A DNA stretch of 64,000 nt, taken from an uncultured bacterium. Its GTDB lineage: Bacteria; Chloroflexota; UBA5177; JANWHV01. The translations under genes and the position numbers were made by a program. Under the pieces are notes generated by a model that did no database searches, was not told the DNA's origin, and saw only the letters and a list, made by a program, of their open reading frames with translations. Shown piece by piece: positions 1-10,292 of the stretch; positions within the stretch are counted from its first letter, which is position 1; every line of letters starts with the position of its first letter. The stretch is from the NCBI GenBank assembly GCA_963827235.1, contig CAWHAE010000012.1:288001-352000 (forward strand), given 5' to 3'.

Positions 1-980
1 GCGCCGACGGCCGGCTGCGCGCCGGCATGGACTGCTACCGTCGAGCGGCCACGCGGGCCGGTGGCCGCCATGCGGGCAGTTTGGCTATCGGGGCCCAGTT
101 CGCCGGGCTTATGCACTACTGGCTGGCTGACTTCAATGCGGCGGTCCAGCTCTCCCGCGAGGCAGTGGCGCTGGCCCGGACGGCTTGCGACACCTCGACT
201 GCGGCGCGTGCCCAGGGCGACCTCGGGTGCGCCCTTATGGGCAGCGGCCGCTACGCTGAGGCGTTGCAGGTATTCGCCGAAGGGCAGGCAGAAAGCCGCG
301 AGCAGGGTGCCGTCGACTGGCTCGCTCGCACGACCTTGATGCGTGGATGCCTGCACCTTGAGCTGTTCGACTTTGGCGGCGCCGAGGCGCTGGCCCAGGA
401 GGCGTGCGAGCTGAGTCGCTCCGTGCGCCGCGTCAGCCATCCCCAGGTGAGTGGGGGCATTGACCTGCTCTTGATCTTCGCCCGGCGCGGCGATCTGGGC
501 CGCACTGAAGGGCTCGTGGACGAGGTGGCCGCACGCGTGGCCAGCGCCCAGGGCTCGCACGGCTGGCTCTGGAAGCTCCGCTTCGCCCAGGCCCAGGCGG
601 AGATCGCCGTGGCGAGCGGTCATTATGAGCGGGCATGGCAGTATGCCACGGAGTGCATGGTCCGCAGCAGAGCGGTGGGCCGCGTCAAATACGAGGTCGC
701 CGGATTGCAGGTCTGCGCCCGGGTCCTGGCCGCGCAGGGACGTACCCGAGAAGCATCTGACCAGTTGCAGTCCGCGGTGGCGCTGGCGCACGGTACCGGC
801 GATCCGGCGATGTTCCTCCGCACCGCAGCCGCCATGCTCGGCATCGACGGGAATGACGCGCTCCTGGCGCAGGCCCGCGCCGCGGTGGACCGTATCGCAG
901 GGGCACTGCCCGGGGCAGATCTACGCCGGACCTTCCTGGCGGCGGAGCCGGTGCGCCTGGTCATGCGCCTGTCCCGCTGA
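1..980 (+). CDS. 5'-truncated TPR-repeat C-terminal region of a large ATPase/TPR (STAND-type) regulator
   Basis: Frame is open from position 3. Helical TPR-like repeats (AQGDLGCALMGSGRYAEALQVF; LAAQGRTREASDQLQSAVALA) and the tail IAGALPGADLRRTFLAAEPV resemble the ends of such regulators. Confidence 0.7.
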   Translation, partial: ADGRLRAGMDCYRRAATRAGGRHAGSLAIGAQFAGLMHYWLADFNAAVQLSREAVALARTACDTSTAARAQGDLGCALMGSGRYAEALQVFAEGQAESREQGAVDWLARTTLMRGCLHLELFDFGGAEALAQEACELSRSVRRVSHPQVSGGIDLLLIFARRGDLGRTEGLVDEVAARVASAQGSHGWLWKLRFAQAQAEIAVASGHYERAWQYATECMVRSRAVGRVKYEVAGLQVCARVLAAQGRTREASDQLQSAVALAHGTGDPAMFLRTAAAMLGIDGNDALLAQARAAVDRIAGALPGADLRRTFLAAEPVRLVMRLSR

Positions 981-1271
981 GTCGCGCGTGCGGTGAAGCT
1001 GGCACCTGTCCTAGCCCCAGATCCCTGGGTAGCCAGCCTGCATGCAGAGCTGGCGCTGCTGCGGGGCACCTGAGAAGAGGCTCGTGACTGCGTCGAAAGG
1101 CCGCTCACCGGCGGTGCCGTCATGCTCGTGGCCCAAACGTATGCCGCGCGGGTACTCGTGCAGCTTGAACTCCGGTTGGAAGACCCCATCGCGCCTGCTG
1201 CGGTTGCCGTCCTGGTAATCGTGGCATCCCACCGAGAGCTTCAAAGCACACGCGACCGCCAGAGCCTTTGA
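981..1271 (+). pseudogene. decayed TPR-like fragment
   Basis: Same frame as the upstream gene reads ...WVASLHAELALLRGT*EEARDCVER..., with an in-frame TGA at 1071-1073 and no start or RBS. Confidence 0.35.
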
Positions 1272-1391
1272 CCACAATGTGGTACTCCTTGCTCTCGTCG
1301 GGTGGTGCTGCCACTGTGATCCGCACGCCAGTGCTGGACGTACGCATTGCAGGGTGGCTGGATGCTCCCACCCGGAAGGGAACGGTTCAGG

Positions 1392-2414
1392 ATGAGACTC
1401 CGCTCGTTTGTGTACGCGCTGCACAGCACCCCGTTGGCTATTGCGACCACCTGTTGTCTCATCGCAGGGCCGACGGTCCTGGCCGCGGCACCCCCGCCAG
1501 TGCTGGGCAATCAGACCGTGAGCGCTGTAACCCTGGCCACCACGTCCGGCACGTTTCGGCATCCCCTCGATTCAACCCCCGACATGAGCGGCACGACTAT
1601 CTACTTCACGGCTACCGGACCACATGGTCCAGGCGTCTTCCGCGTGCCAACCGCCGGAGGTGCGGCAGCCGAGGTGTACACGGGCAGCCCCTTTGTGCGC
1701 CCACGAGGGATTGCCATAAGCCCCGACGGTCAGACGCTCTTCGTGACGGATCCGGCTGCGGAGGAGTCTGGCGGCACGGGTGGTGCGATATTCGTGCTCC
1801 CGATCGGCGCCAAACAGCCGACTGTGCTGCCCGGCAGCATTTCTACTGCCCCCGAGGACCTTGACGTAGTAAGCCGGAGCGGCCAGCAGATGGTGTACTT
1901 CAGCGGGAAGGATCCGAGCACAGAACGGCCTGCGATACTGATGCTTCCGGCGTCGGGCGCTGTAGCGCCGCAGGTGATCACCGAGGGCGGGTCTCTCGTC
2001 ACGCCTGATGGAGTGGCCGTCACACACGCCGGCGTGCTCTACGTGGCCGACCGCGGCGCAGCTGGGAGTGGTCTGGGTAGGATCTTCGCCATTGCCGATC
2101 GTAGGGTCACACCGGTCCTCAAGGTGGTGCGTACCGGCAACCCGGCGGGCATTGCCTTGACGCGTGACGACAGGGTTCTGCTAATCTCGGCGCTGCAGCT
2201 CCACGAACAGAGTGACCAGGTGTTGCTGCTGGATCTTGCTACCTTGCGCACGGGCTCGGTAACCAAGGTAGTCTCGCAGAATCACGCGGCAGGCGGTGTA
2301 CATGCGCAGCCGATGGGACTGGTGCCGACGCGGGCGACTGGCAGAACTGAGCTTTTCTCGTGGGCCGATCTTACTGCCGGTGGCGCGGGCCTCGTCTACC
2401 GCGTCGCACTCTAG
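1392..2414 (+). CDS. secreted NHL/SMP-30-like beta-propeller protein
   Basis: Signal-peptide-like N-terminus and blades such as PRGIAISPDGQTLFVTD, PDGVAVTHAGVLYVAD and PAGIALTRDDRVLLIS. ATG 1392 follows GGAAGGG. Confidence 0.7.
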   Translation: MRLRSFVYALHSTPLAIATTCCLIAGPTVLAAAPPPVLGNQTVSAVTLATTSGTFRHPLDSTPDMSGTTIYFTATGPHGPGVFRVPTAGGAAAEVYTGSPFVRPRGIAISPDGQTLFVTDPAAEESGGTGGAIFVLPIGAKQPTVLPGSISTAPEDLDVVSRSGQQMVYFSGKDPSTERPAILMLPASGAVAPQVITEGGSLVTPDGVAVTHAGVLYVADRGAAGSGLGRIFAIADRRVTPVLKVVRTGNPAGIALTRDDRVLLISALQLHEQSDQVLLLDLATLRTGSVTKVVSQNHAAGGVHAQPMGLVPTRATGRTELFSWADLTAGGAGLVYRVAL

Positions 2415-2573
2415 CGCCGCCGCCGTGACGTGATCGCCGGCCTGATGGTGAGCGTTCGTCGCTGGCGCCTGCGCCACCGTGCTCAAAGCCCTCTTCGGTC
2501 CGTCGCATATTCTGGCCTCTCCCGTTGTGGCAACGCCGGTCCGGCGGGCCACGCCACCGGTCGTGCACAGCCT

Positions 2574-3992
2574 TCACGCTGGGTGTGCAGCACGCCTCCG
2601 CGATCCTTGTATTCCGGCCGCTGGTAGTGGCTTCAGCCACGGCCCATCGGTCCCGATAAGCTGAGCCGCTTCTTCGGGTCCCCAGCTCCCGGCTGCATAG
2701 GTGTAGAGCGGCGTCGCGTCATCCAGGATGGGCTGCACAATACGCCACTGCGCCTCCACGAGATCCTGGCGGGCGAAGAGCTCGCCGCTGCCGCGGAGCG
2801 CATCCCCCAGTAAGCGTTGATACGGCGGCACGTCGGCGGCGGCTTGTTCAGTGAGGATCAGTTCGACGTCGTTGCCAACCATGCGGTCGCCGGGCATCTT
2901 GACACGCACACCCAGGCCGATGCTGATGTCCGGACTGATCCGCAACCGCAAGTGACCGGAGGAGGATGGCACGATTTCGCCGAAGTTCTCACGCGGCGGA
3001 CGCTTGAACTCAACTGTGACTTCTGTTGCGGTGACCGGCAGCACCTTTCCAGTGCGGATGTAAATCGGCACCCCGGCCCAGCGCCAGGTGTCGATACACA
3101 GCTTGACCGCGGCAAAGGTTTCGACCGTGGAACCACGCCTGACGCCGGGCACAGCGCGGTACGCATCATACTGGCCACGCACGACGTGCTCAGGATCGAG
3201 CGGGCGCACGGCCTTGAGCACGGCGGCCATCTGGTCGCGCACCGCTTCGTGCTCCTCGCCGGTGGGCGGTTCCATGGTAAGGTTTGCAAGTACCTGCAGC
3301 AGGTGGTTCTGCACCACGTCGCGAATGGCGCCCGTGGCGTCGTAGAAGGCGCCCCGGTCCTGCACGTCGAGCTCCTCGGCCATCGTGATCTGCATGCAGC
3401 GCACATAGTTGCGGTTCCAGATCGGCTCAAACATTGCATTGGCAAACCGTGTGTAGATGATGTTCTGTACCGGCTCCTTCCCCAGGTAGTGATCGATACG
3501 GAAGATGCTCTCCTCCGGAAAGTGCCGGTGCAGGGCGCGGTTCAGCTCGCGTGCCGAATCCAGATCGTGACCGAACGGCTTCTCGACGACCAAACGAGCA
3601 TTGCTGCCGCAGCCCGACGAGGCGAGCTTTTCGGCGACGGTGGCAAACAGACTGGGCGGCACGGCCAGGTAGTGGAGAGGCCGCTGGGCATCGCCCAGCT
3701 CTTTGCGCAGCTGGGCGAATGTCGTCGGATCGTGGTAGTCGCCGTCTACATAGCGAAGCTGAGCCGCGAGCTGCTCGAACGCGGTTGGATCCAGGCTGCC
3801 ATGGCGCTTAAGGCTCTCTTTGGCGCGCGCCTTCAACTGATCGAGATCCCAGCCCGACTTGGCCACGCCGATGATCGGTACCTGCAGATTTTCCTCACGC
3901 ACCAGACCTTGCAGCGCAGGAAAGATCTGCTTGTAGGCAAGGTCACCACTGGCACCGAAGAACACGATCGCGTCGGACGACGAGCCGTTCAT
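2574..3992 (-). CDS. zwf: glucose-6-phosphate 1-dehydrogenase
   Basis: Motifs GASGDLA, EKPFG, RIDHYLGKE and RDVVQNHLLQ. ATG 3992 overlaps the gnd stop (ATGA). Confidence 0.95.
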   Translation of the reverse strand: MNGSSSDAIVFFGASGDLAYKQIFPALQGLVREENLQVPIIGVAKSGWDLDQLKARAKESLKRHGSLDPTAFEQLAAQLRYVDGDYHDPTTFAQLRKELGDAQRPLHYLAVPPSLFATVAEKLASSGCGSNARLVVEKPFGHDLDSARELNRALHRHFPEESIFRIDHYLGKEPVQNIIYTRFANAMFEPIWNRNYVRCMQITMAEELDVQDRGAFYDATGAIRDVVQNHLLQVLANLTMEPPTGEEHEAVRDQMAAVLKAVRPLDPEHVVRGQYDAYRAVPGVRRGSTVETFAAVKLCIDTWRWAGVPIYIRTGKVLPVTATEVTVEFKRPPRENFGEIVPSSSGHLRLRISPDISIGLGVRVKMPGDRMVGNDVELILTEQAAADVPPYQRLLGDALRGSGELFARQDLVEAQWRIVQPILDDATPLYTYAAGSWGPEEAAQLIGTDGPWLKPLPAAGIQGSRRRAAHPA

Positions 3993-5023
3993 GCGCGGCC
4001 CGGCGGAGCCGGCGTCGTCTGCTCGTGATGGCCGCCGAATTCGTAGCGCATGGCCGACATGAGCTGATCTGCGAACAGCTCGGCGCCGCGCGAGCTGAAG
4101 CGCGCGAAAAGGGCCGCGCTCAGCACTGGGGCAGGAATGCCCTCGTCGATCGCGGCCTGCAGCGTCCACCGTCCCTCGCCTGAGTCGGAGACGCGTCCCT
4201 GGAAGTGGGCGAGGTCCGGGTTCTCGCGCAAGGCGGCGGCGGTCAAATCCAAGAGCCACGACCCGATGACGCTACCGCGTCGCCAGAGCTCGGCGACGCG
4301 GGAGATGTCGATGTCGAACAAGTAGGAGCCGGGATCGTGCAGCGGAGTCGTCTCAGCGTCTACCGCGTGGGTTATCTTCCCTGCATTGGCATGCTTGAGA
4401 ATGTTCAGGCCTTCGCTGTAGGCCGCCATCAACCCATACTCGATGCCGTTATGCACCATCTTGACGAAGTGGCCGGCGCCGTTTGGGCCGCAGTGCAGGT
4501 AGCCGTACTCTTCGGCGCCCACGTCTCCGATAGCTCCCGGAGTGCGCGGCGCCGTGTCGAACCCCGGCGCCAGGCTCTTGAACACGGCGTCGAGATGCTG
4601 GACGGTCGCCTCTTCGCCGCCGATCATCTGGCAGTAGCCGCGCTCCAGTCCCCATACGCCCCCGCTCACGCCCACGTCAACATACTGAAGACCCCGATCT
4701 CTGAGCTCGCTGGCGCGACGAATGTCGTCTTGATAGAAAGAGTTGCCACCATCGATCACGATGTCGCCCGGCTGCAGGAGTGGTGTCAAGGAGCTCAACA
4801 GGGGATCGACCACCGCGGCTGGAACCATCAGCCATACAGCGCGAGGCGCGGCTAGGGATTGCACCAACTCCTGGAGACTGGCAGCGCCGTGGGCCCCTTG
4901 CTCGACCAACTGCTGCACCATCGGTGGATGGCTGTCATAGACGAAACAGTCGTGACCTGCTTTGATCAGGCGCATGACCATGTTCCCACCCATGCGCCCC
5001 AGCCCGATCATGCCAACTTGCAT
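3989..5023 (-). CDS. gnd: 6-phosphogluconate dehydrogenase (decarboxylating, short type)
   Basis: Motifs GMIGLGRMG, IDGGNS, VSGGVWG, GHFVKMVHNGIEY, DSGEGRWT and FGGH. Confidence 0.95.
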   Translation of the reverse strand: MQVGMIGLGRMGGNMVMRLIKAGHDCFVYDSHPPMVQQLVEQGAHGAASLQELVQSLAAPRAVWLMVPAAVVDPLLSSLTPLLQPGDIVIDGGNSFYQDDIRRASELRDRGLQYVDVGVSGGVWGLERGYCQMIGGEEATVQHLDAVFKSLAPGFDTAPRTPGAIGDVGAEEYGYLHCGPNGAGHFVKMVHNGIEYGLMAAYSEGLNILKHANAGKITHAVDAETTPLHDPGSYLFDIDISRVAELWRRGSVIGSWLLDLTAAALRENPDLAHFQGRVSDSGEGRWTLQAAIDEGIPAPVLSAALFARFSSRGAELFADQLMSAMRYEFGGHHEQTTPAPPGRA

Positions 5024-5349
5024 GCCCGCTCACTTTCTCGCCGGTGTCAGGGACCGAGCCGGAGATCGCCCGGCGTCGCCCGGAAGCCGAGGCCGGTACC
5101 TCACCGGACCTCACGGCCCGTGACTCCAGGGTACAAGTGGTGAGCATAAGCCGCGTTTGGCAGCCGTGGCGGCATCGCCGCCTGCCATGCAGATCGTCCG
5201 CTACCCTCGCCGCCGATGCCTTCGCGCGGTGCTCGTGGGAGCACTTGGTTGGCCGGCTTAGGCCAGTTGGGGCCGACGGCACTGGCGTGTGCCACCACTG
5301 ATTTGGGCCCTCGCGCTTCGCCGGCCTTATCCCCAGCGGATCTGAGATC

Positions 5350-5423
5350 GCTTGTAGAGAGCGGCAGCCAGATTCGTGCCGCGCTGGCCGCCGCTGCTAC
5401 ACAAGCACCTGCTGTTACACAAG
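5350..5423. promoter_or_regulatory. TACACAAG motif cluster (direct repeat plus imperfect inverted copy)
   Basis: GCTGCTACACAAG (5393-5405) and GCTGTTACACAAG (5411-5423) repeat at an 18-bp period, with an imperfect inverted copy GCTTGTAGAGAGCGGC at 5350-5365. Confidence 0.5.
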
Positions 5424-5528
5424 ATGCCCGGAGGCGCGGCGGCCTCAAACGCAACGGCGGCACGACGCCTCGGTGTCATGCTGGGAGTACGCCGCCTGCA
5501 CCGCGGCAGGAGCGGAAAGGAGAGCGGC

Positions 5529-5738
5529 ATGGCGCATTAGGACGCATTGCTCGTGCGCATCTGGAGACGCGGCGGGGCGGAGGCTCCACAGTGGGCGATC
5601 CGGATGACACACGCCCAGGAGGGACTGCGCCGGCTGTTCGCCAATCCGGAGGCGTTCGTCAGCTACCTGCACAGCGTGCTGCGCAGCGGCGACCCGGCGC
5701 CGCGCCCGGCGTCACGGGCGGGTGCGGCCGGGGAGTAG
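5529..5738 (+). pseudogene. small hypothetical protein interrupted by an in-frame TAG at codon 4 (or starting at TTG 5547)
   Basis: Strong RBS GGAAAGGAG before ATG 5529. Reads MAH*DALLVRIWRRGGAEAPQWAIRMTHAQEGLRRLFANPEAFVSYL. Confidence 0.5.
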
Positions 5739-5930
5739 GGCATCGGGGCAAGACTTGACCGTTTTCGGGTCAGGCCGCGCGCCAAACCGTGCCGCTGACA
5801 GGGAGAAGCAGGGAGGTGTGCAAGGCAGGTCCCGTGCGACGACATGGGTAGTAACGATGCGGAGTGCGGCCTAGGCGGACGGGATCGCCGGGCGGCGACG
5901 GTGTATAGGGGACGAGAAGGAGAAAGACAC

Positions 5931-8900
5931 ATGGTACGGGTGCGAAACATCCAGCAGTGGTTGCGCGAGGCTCGAGGGAGCCGGCGCTCCAGCCTGCTCC
6001 GTGTACTGTGCTCGGCGGCGCTGATTGCGGCCGGCCTGGTGGCCGCGCCGGCGGTGACCGGCAGGATGCCGGTCTCGACGGCCAGGGCGCAGAGCCTACC
6101 CCCATTCAACGATATCCAGTTCTTCGACTACTGCGAGGCGACCTCGCAGCTCCCTTCCTGGTGCTCGGCTCCCGGCATCTACCAGGTGCCCTACCCGGCT
6201 GGCAGTTCGGCGCCCAAGCTGCTCACTGCTGACGGCGGGTACACCTCGCAGTGGTCCGCCGACGGGTCCAAGATGGTCTTCGAGTACGGCACCATCAGCA
6301 ACCCCGGCCCCAGCGAGTACCTCAGCGTGCAGGGCATCGGCATCTACGCCAACGGCGTCACGACGCACATTGTCCTGGACCCGAGTGCATCCGAGCCCAC
6401 GATTTCGCCCGACGGTACCGAGGTGGTCTATGTCGAGAACAACCAGCTCCTCGTGGAGGTGAGCAGCTCGGGCGGCACGCCCACGCAGCTCGGCGCAACG
6501 ACCGGCCTCACCGGGGACTATCCCTACTGGGCCCCCGCGACCGGCAAACCGGGCACGAACGGGCTCGTTGTGTTCAGCCAGCCTACCGACCCCACCGGCG
6601 GCCGCGACTACCTGGCCACGGTGGACCCGACCCAGGGCGCCTCGGCCCGAGCAACCCAGGTAGCCGTGACCGACAACTACAGCGCCAACGCGAACGATTA
6701 CGCGGGCGAATTCCCCTCGGCCTCGTCCGACGGCAGCACCTACTACTTCAGCGGCGAGATCGGCGGCACCGTAGGCATCTTCTCGGTCCCCTCGACAGGC
6801 GGCGCGCCGAGCAATCCGCTCGCCACCCCCAGCGCCAGCGAACTAGCCATCATGACGAATCCGCTGTACGGGGCGCGGGCGGGCGCCAACGGCCACTTGC
6901 TCTACTACGACGAATTCGGCGGCAACGCCGGCAACATCGGCAGGATCTTCATCGACGGTTCGTCCAACGCGCTGACGTTCTCCGGCGCCAATGCCGACCC
7001 CAACGACACCCAGTCCTATCCCACCTGGGCGCCGGGCGGCGGCGCGCCGATCGTGAGCACGGTGGGGCCGAATGAGGGGCCGGTCGCCGGCGGCGAGAGC
7101 GTGAGCATCACCGGCTCGGGCTTCACCGGGGCCACGGAAGTGGACTTCCTCGCGCCCGACGGTACGGTGGCCGCCTCGGCGACGCCCACGGCGGTGGGCG
7201 ACAGCGCGCTCACGGTGCCCCAGGCGCCGAATCTCACCGCAGCGGTCAACAAGGTCGGCACCAATGTGGACGTGGTCTTCGACGTGGTGGTGAAGACACC
7301 GAGCGGTACCTCGGCCACGAACGCGAACGACAAGTACACGGCCAAGGTCCCGGTGGTGACGTCAGTGAGCACGGCGCAGGGCGGCACGACCGGCGGCCCC
7401 GCTGCCGGACCGGTGAGTGGCGGCGAGACGGTCACCCTGACAGGGCACTGGCTGCAGGGCGTCACCAGTGTCTCCTTGCAGCCGGTGCAGGATATTCCTT
7501 TCGCCACCGCGCCGACGAATGTGAGCGCGGGCGGGACCATCCTCTCGTTCACCGCTCCCAATGCCGGCACAGAGTATAGGGATAGCGGCGTATCGGTTGA
7601 CCTGTTCGTGGACCTGATCGTCTCGGTCCCCGTGGCCGGGTCAACGGTGGCAGTGATCACCTCGTCCTCCACGGCGACGGGCGCCGACGACAAGTTCTAC
7701 CTGGTCCCGGTAGCGGTGAGCGACATCACGCCCCACACCTCGCCGGTGCTGGGCAATGGCGCAGTGACGATCAGCGGCACCGACCTGAGCAACGGCACGG
7801 TGATCCTGGCGCCGCCCGCCGGCACCGCGTCGAGCGGCGGCTGCAACAGCGGCACGCCGCTGAGCATCGCGCCGGAAGCCGGTGGATCGGCGACCTCGCT
7901 CAGCTTCGTGACGAAGGACACGAGTCCGGTGATGGGCAAAACGCAAGACGACGTGGTCTGCGACGTGGAGGTGCGCGTGCCGGTGCCGGAGATCACCGGT
8001 GCCAGCGTGACGTCGCTGCCCAATCCCGGCGATCCCGGCGACACGCTCACCTTCCCCGCGCCCAAGGTCGAAGGACTCTCATTCCACAGCGCGCTCGTCA
8101 GCGGCAACACGCTGCTCACCATCCAGGGAGCGGGCTTCATCGGGGTAACCCGGGTGGAGTTCGTCTTTACCGGCTTCGCCGTCCTGCCGCTCACCGCCAC
8201 GCCGGTGAGCGTGCTTGATAGCCAGATCACGGTGAACGTGCCGTCGGCCGTGCTGGATGAGAACTTGCTGCCCAACCCGCTGCCTACCGTGGACGTGCAG
8301 GTACAGATCCCCGACAGCGCGGGCGGTTTCATCTCCTCGGTGGCGAATACGAACGACACATTCAACTACGTCATCCCCGGTACGACGGCGCCGCCGTGCA
8401 ACACGTTGCAGAACTGCAACAGCGGCACGAACAACACGCCCGGGGGCGCGGCGACGGCCACCTCGACCGATGCGAGCGGCTCCATCACCGTGACCGGCAA
8501 TGGTACCGGCGGCATCACCGTGGGCCGCTACGCCAGCATCCCCGTAGGCACTCCGTCGTTCAGCGCCGGCGGCACCTTCTTCGACGTGCGGGTCTCGACG
8601 CCCAACGCCTTCACCTCGGCCACGATCAATGACTGCGACCTGGGTGGCTCGACCTCCGTCCAGTGGTGGAATCCGGCCGCTGGCGGCGGTGCCGGCGCCT
8701 GGCAGGCAGCCTCTAGCCAGGTATTCAGCGCCGGGCCGCCGGCCTGCATCCTGGTGACAGTGAACTCTACCACGGCGCCGACGCTGGCCCAGATGCTGGG
8801 CACCGTCTTCGTGGGCGCCAAGCCGGCTGCGGCGAAGCCGGCCTTCACCGCGCAGACACCGCCCCTGACCGTGGCTGCCGGCGCCACCTACGCCTACGCC

Positions 8901-9500
8901 TTCGCCGCGAGCGGAAATCCGGCGCCCACGTTCGCCCTGGCCGCTGGCGCGCCCGCCTTCCTCAGCATCAACGCCACCACCGGCGCGCTTGCGGGGAAAA
9001 TACCCGCGGGTACGACCACCTTTAGCTATGCCGTGAAGGCGACGAACAGCGCCGGGTCGGCGACCGCTGGGCCGTTCACCGTCACGGTGGGCAGCAGTCC
9101 CGCGCTGAGCGACAGCATCGACATCAGCGTGAGCGGCGGCATCCAGTACTACGACTCCGGACCCACCTCGAGCGGGCTGATCACAGTGTCGCCTGTGGGA
9201 CCGGCGCCCATCGGATCGGTGACCGGCACGGCGACGATTGCGGGTGTGCACGGCGGCCTGGCCACGGTAAGCATTGCCGTCGTCCGGCAGTCGAACGGTA
9301 CCTACAAAGGCAGCATAACCCTTGCGGATCCGTCGTCAATCTGGCCGGCGATGCACATGTTGGTCACGCCGGTGACTACCGTGTCGCGGACGGGTCCCTG
9401 CTCGGTGACCTCGTCGACCGACGGGTCGACGACCGTCGACGGCAAGAAGCTCACGTATAGAATCACCTGGTCGGTAGCCGAAAAAGGCCTGCCGGCCTGA
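5931..9500 (+). CDS. large secreted surface protein with TolB/PD40-like propeller, about 4 IPT/TIG domains and a putative Ig domain
   Basis: RBS GAAGGAG and a signal peptide ending ARA-Q. WSADGSKMVF and ISPDGTEVVYV repeats, IPT/TIG motifs (PNEGPVAGGESVSITGSGFTGA) and the Ig-like GAPAFLSINATTGALAG. Confidence 0.75.
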   Translation: MVRVRNIQQWLREARGSRRSSLLRVLCSAALIAAGLVAAPAVTGRMPVSTARAQSLPPFNDIQFFDYCEATSQLPSWCSAPGIYQVPYPAGSSAPKLLTADGGYTSQWSADGSKMVFEYGTISNPGPSEYLSVQGIGIYANGVTTHIVLDPSASEPTISPDGTEVVYVENNQLLVEVSSSGGTPTQLGATTGLTGDYPYWAPATGKPGTNGLVVFSQPTDPTGGRDYLATVDPTQGASARATQVAVTDNYSANANDYAGEFPSASSDGSTYYFSGEIGGTVGIFSVPSTGGAPSNPLATPSASELAIMTNPLYGARAGANGHLLYYDEFGGNAGNIGRIFIDGSSNALTFSGANADPNDTQSYPTWAPGGGAPIVSTVGPNEGPVAGGESVSITGSGFTGATEVDFLAPDGTVAASATPTAVGDSALTVPQAPNLTAAVNKVGTNVDVVFDVVVKTPSGTSATNANDKYTAKVPVVTSVSTAQGGTTGGPAAGPVSGGETVTLTGHWLQGVTSVSLQPVQDIPFATAPTNVSAGGTILSFTAPNAGTEYRDSGVSVDLFVDLIVSVPVAGSTVAVITSSSTATGADDKFYLVPVAVSDITPHTSPVLGNGAVTISGTDLSNGTVILAPPAGTASSGGCNSGTPLSIAPEAGGSATSLSFVTKDTSPVMGKTQDDVVCDVEVRVPVPEITGASVTSLPNPGDPGDTLTFPAPKVEGLSFHSALVSGNTLLTIQGAGFIGVTRVEFVFTGFAVLPLTATPVSVLDSQITVNVPSAVLDENLLPNPLPTVDVQVQIPDSAGGFISSVANTNDTFNYVIPGTTAPPCNTLQNCNSGTNNTPGGAATATSTDASGSITVTGNGTGGITVGRYASIPVGTPSFSAGGTFFDVRVSTPNAFTSATINDCDLGGSTSVQWWNPAAGGGAGAWQAASSQVFSAGPPACILVTVNSTTAPTLAQMLGTVFVGAKPAAAKPAFTAQTPPLTVAAGATYAYAFAASGNPAPTFALAAGAPAFLSINATTGALAGKIPAGTTTFSYAVKATNSAGSATAGPFTVTVGSSPALSDSIDISVSGGIQYYDSGPTSSGLITVSPVGPAPIGSVTGTATIAGVHGGLATVSIAVVRQSNGTYKGSITLADPSSIWPAMHMLVTPVTTVSRTGPCSVTSSTDGSTTVDGKKLTYRITWSVAEKGLPA

Positions 9501-10292
9501 GCAGACCACCCGGTTCTGGGCAAGACGGCTCGCTCGCGCGCGGAAATGGGGCGACACCCTGCCACGGCATCCCGGGCCGCGCGACATGTTCACAGTGCCG
9601 TCCGGATCCGGCCGGAGGCGGCATATACCACGGGCGCCTGGGTGCCCTGTCCCTAACGAATTGGGCGGGAACGGGCACCAGGGCCCCGTCGACACATAGG
9701 CCGCACACGCGAGGTATCTGGCATGAGCGCAGTGTTCGGCTCGCAATGACACATGATATGGCTCACGACTGCGTCGGCGAACTGCTTGAGGGCTGCCGGA
9801 CACCACGGAGCCACATCGACGCGCAGGGTACGCACTGCGACCGCTGTGGAGCTGGAGCCCGCGGCGCGAGAGGACGCGTGCCCGTCATAGCTTTCGGCTG
9901 CTGACAATCTCCTGCGACTGGTGATCACTGGGTGCCGAATAGGTGTGACTGGTGGCTACCTTCGCACTCGATATACGGCACGCTCCCGGTTGCGTCCCAT
10001 GGCAGCGCATGGTCTCAGGCAAGGGACGACCGGCGTCATGGGAACTCCTGCTGCGGAGAGGTCAGCCCGCTGGCCGGCGTGGATAGGCCACGCCGGCACA
10101 GTGCCGCGAGGAGGATCTGAGTGCGGCGAAGCGGCGGGAGCGGTAGAATGCTCAGCGAGGTGCAGCACGCGTGCGCTGCCGCCGCTCGCGCCTCGGCGCC
10201 GTCAAGGGCGCGGAGCCTGCTGAGAGCACGCGGCAACCTGCGGAGCATGGGCACCTCACGGACCAAGCGAGTTGCAGGGAGACAAGAGAGTG

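Noticed and set aside
9746-9904. 52-aa Cys/His-containing ORF
   Set aside because: No clear RBS or family motif.
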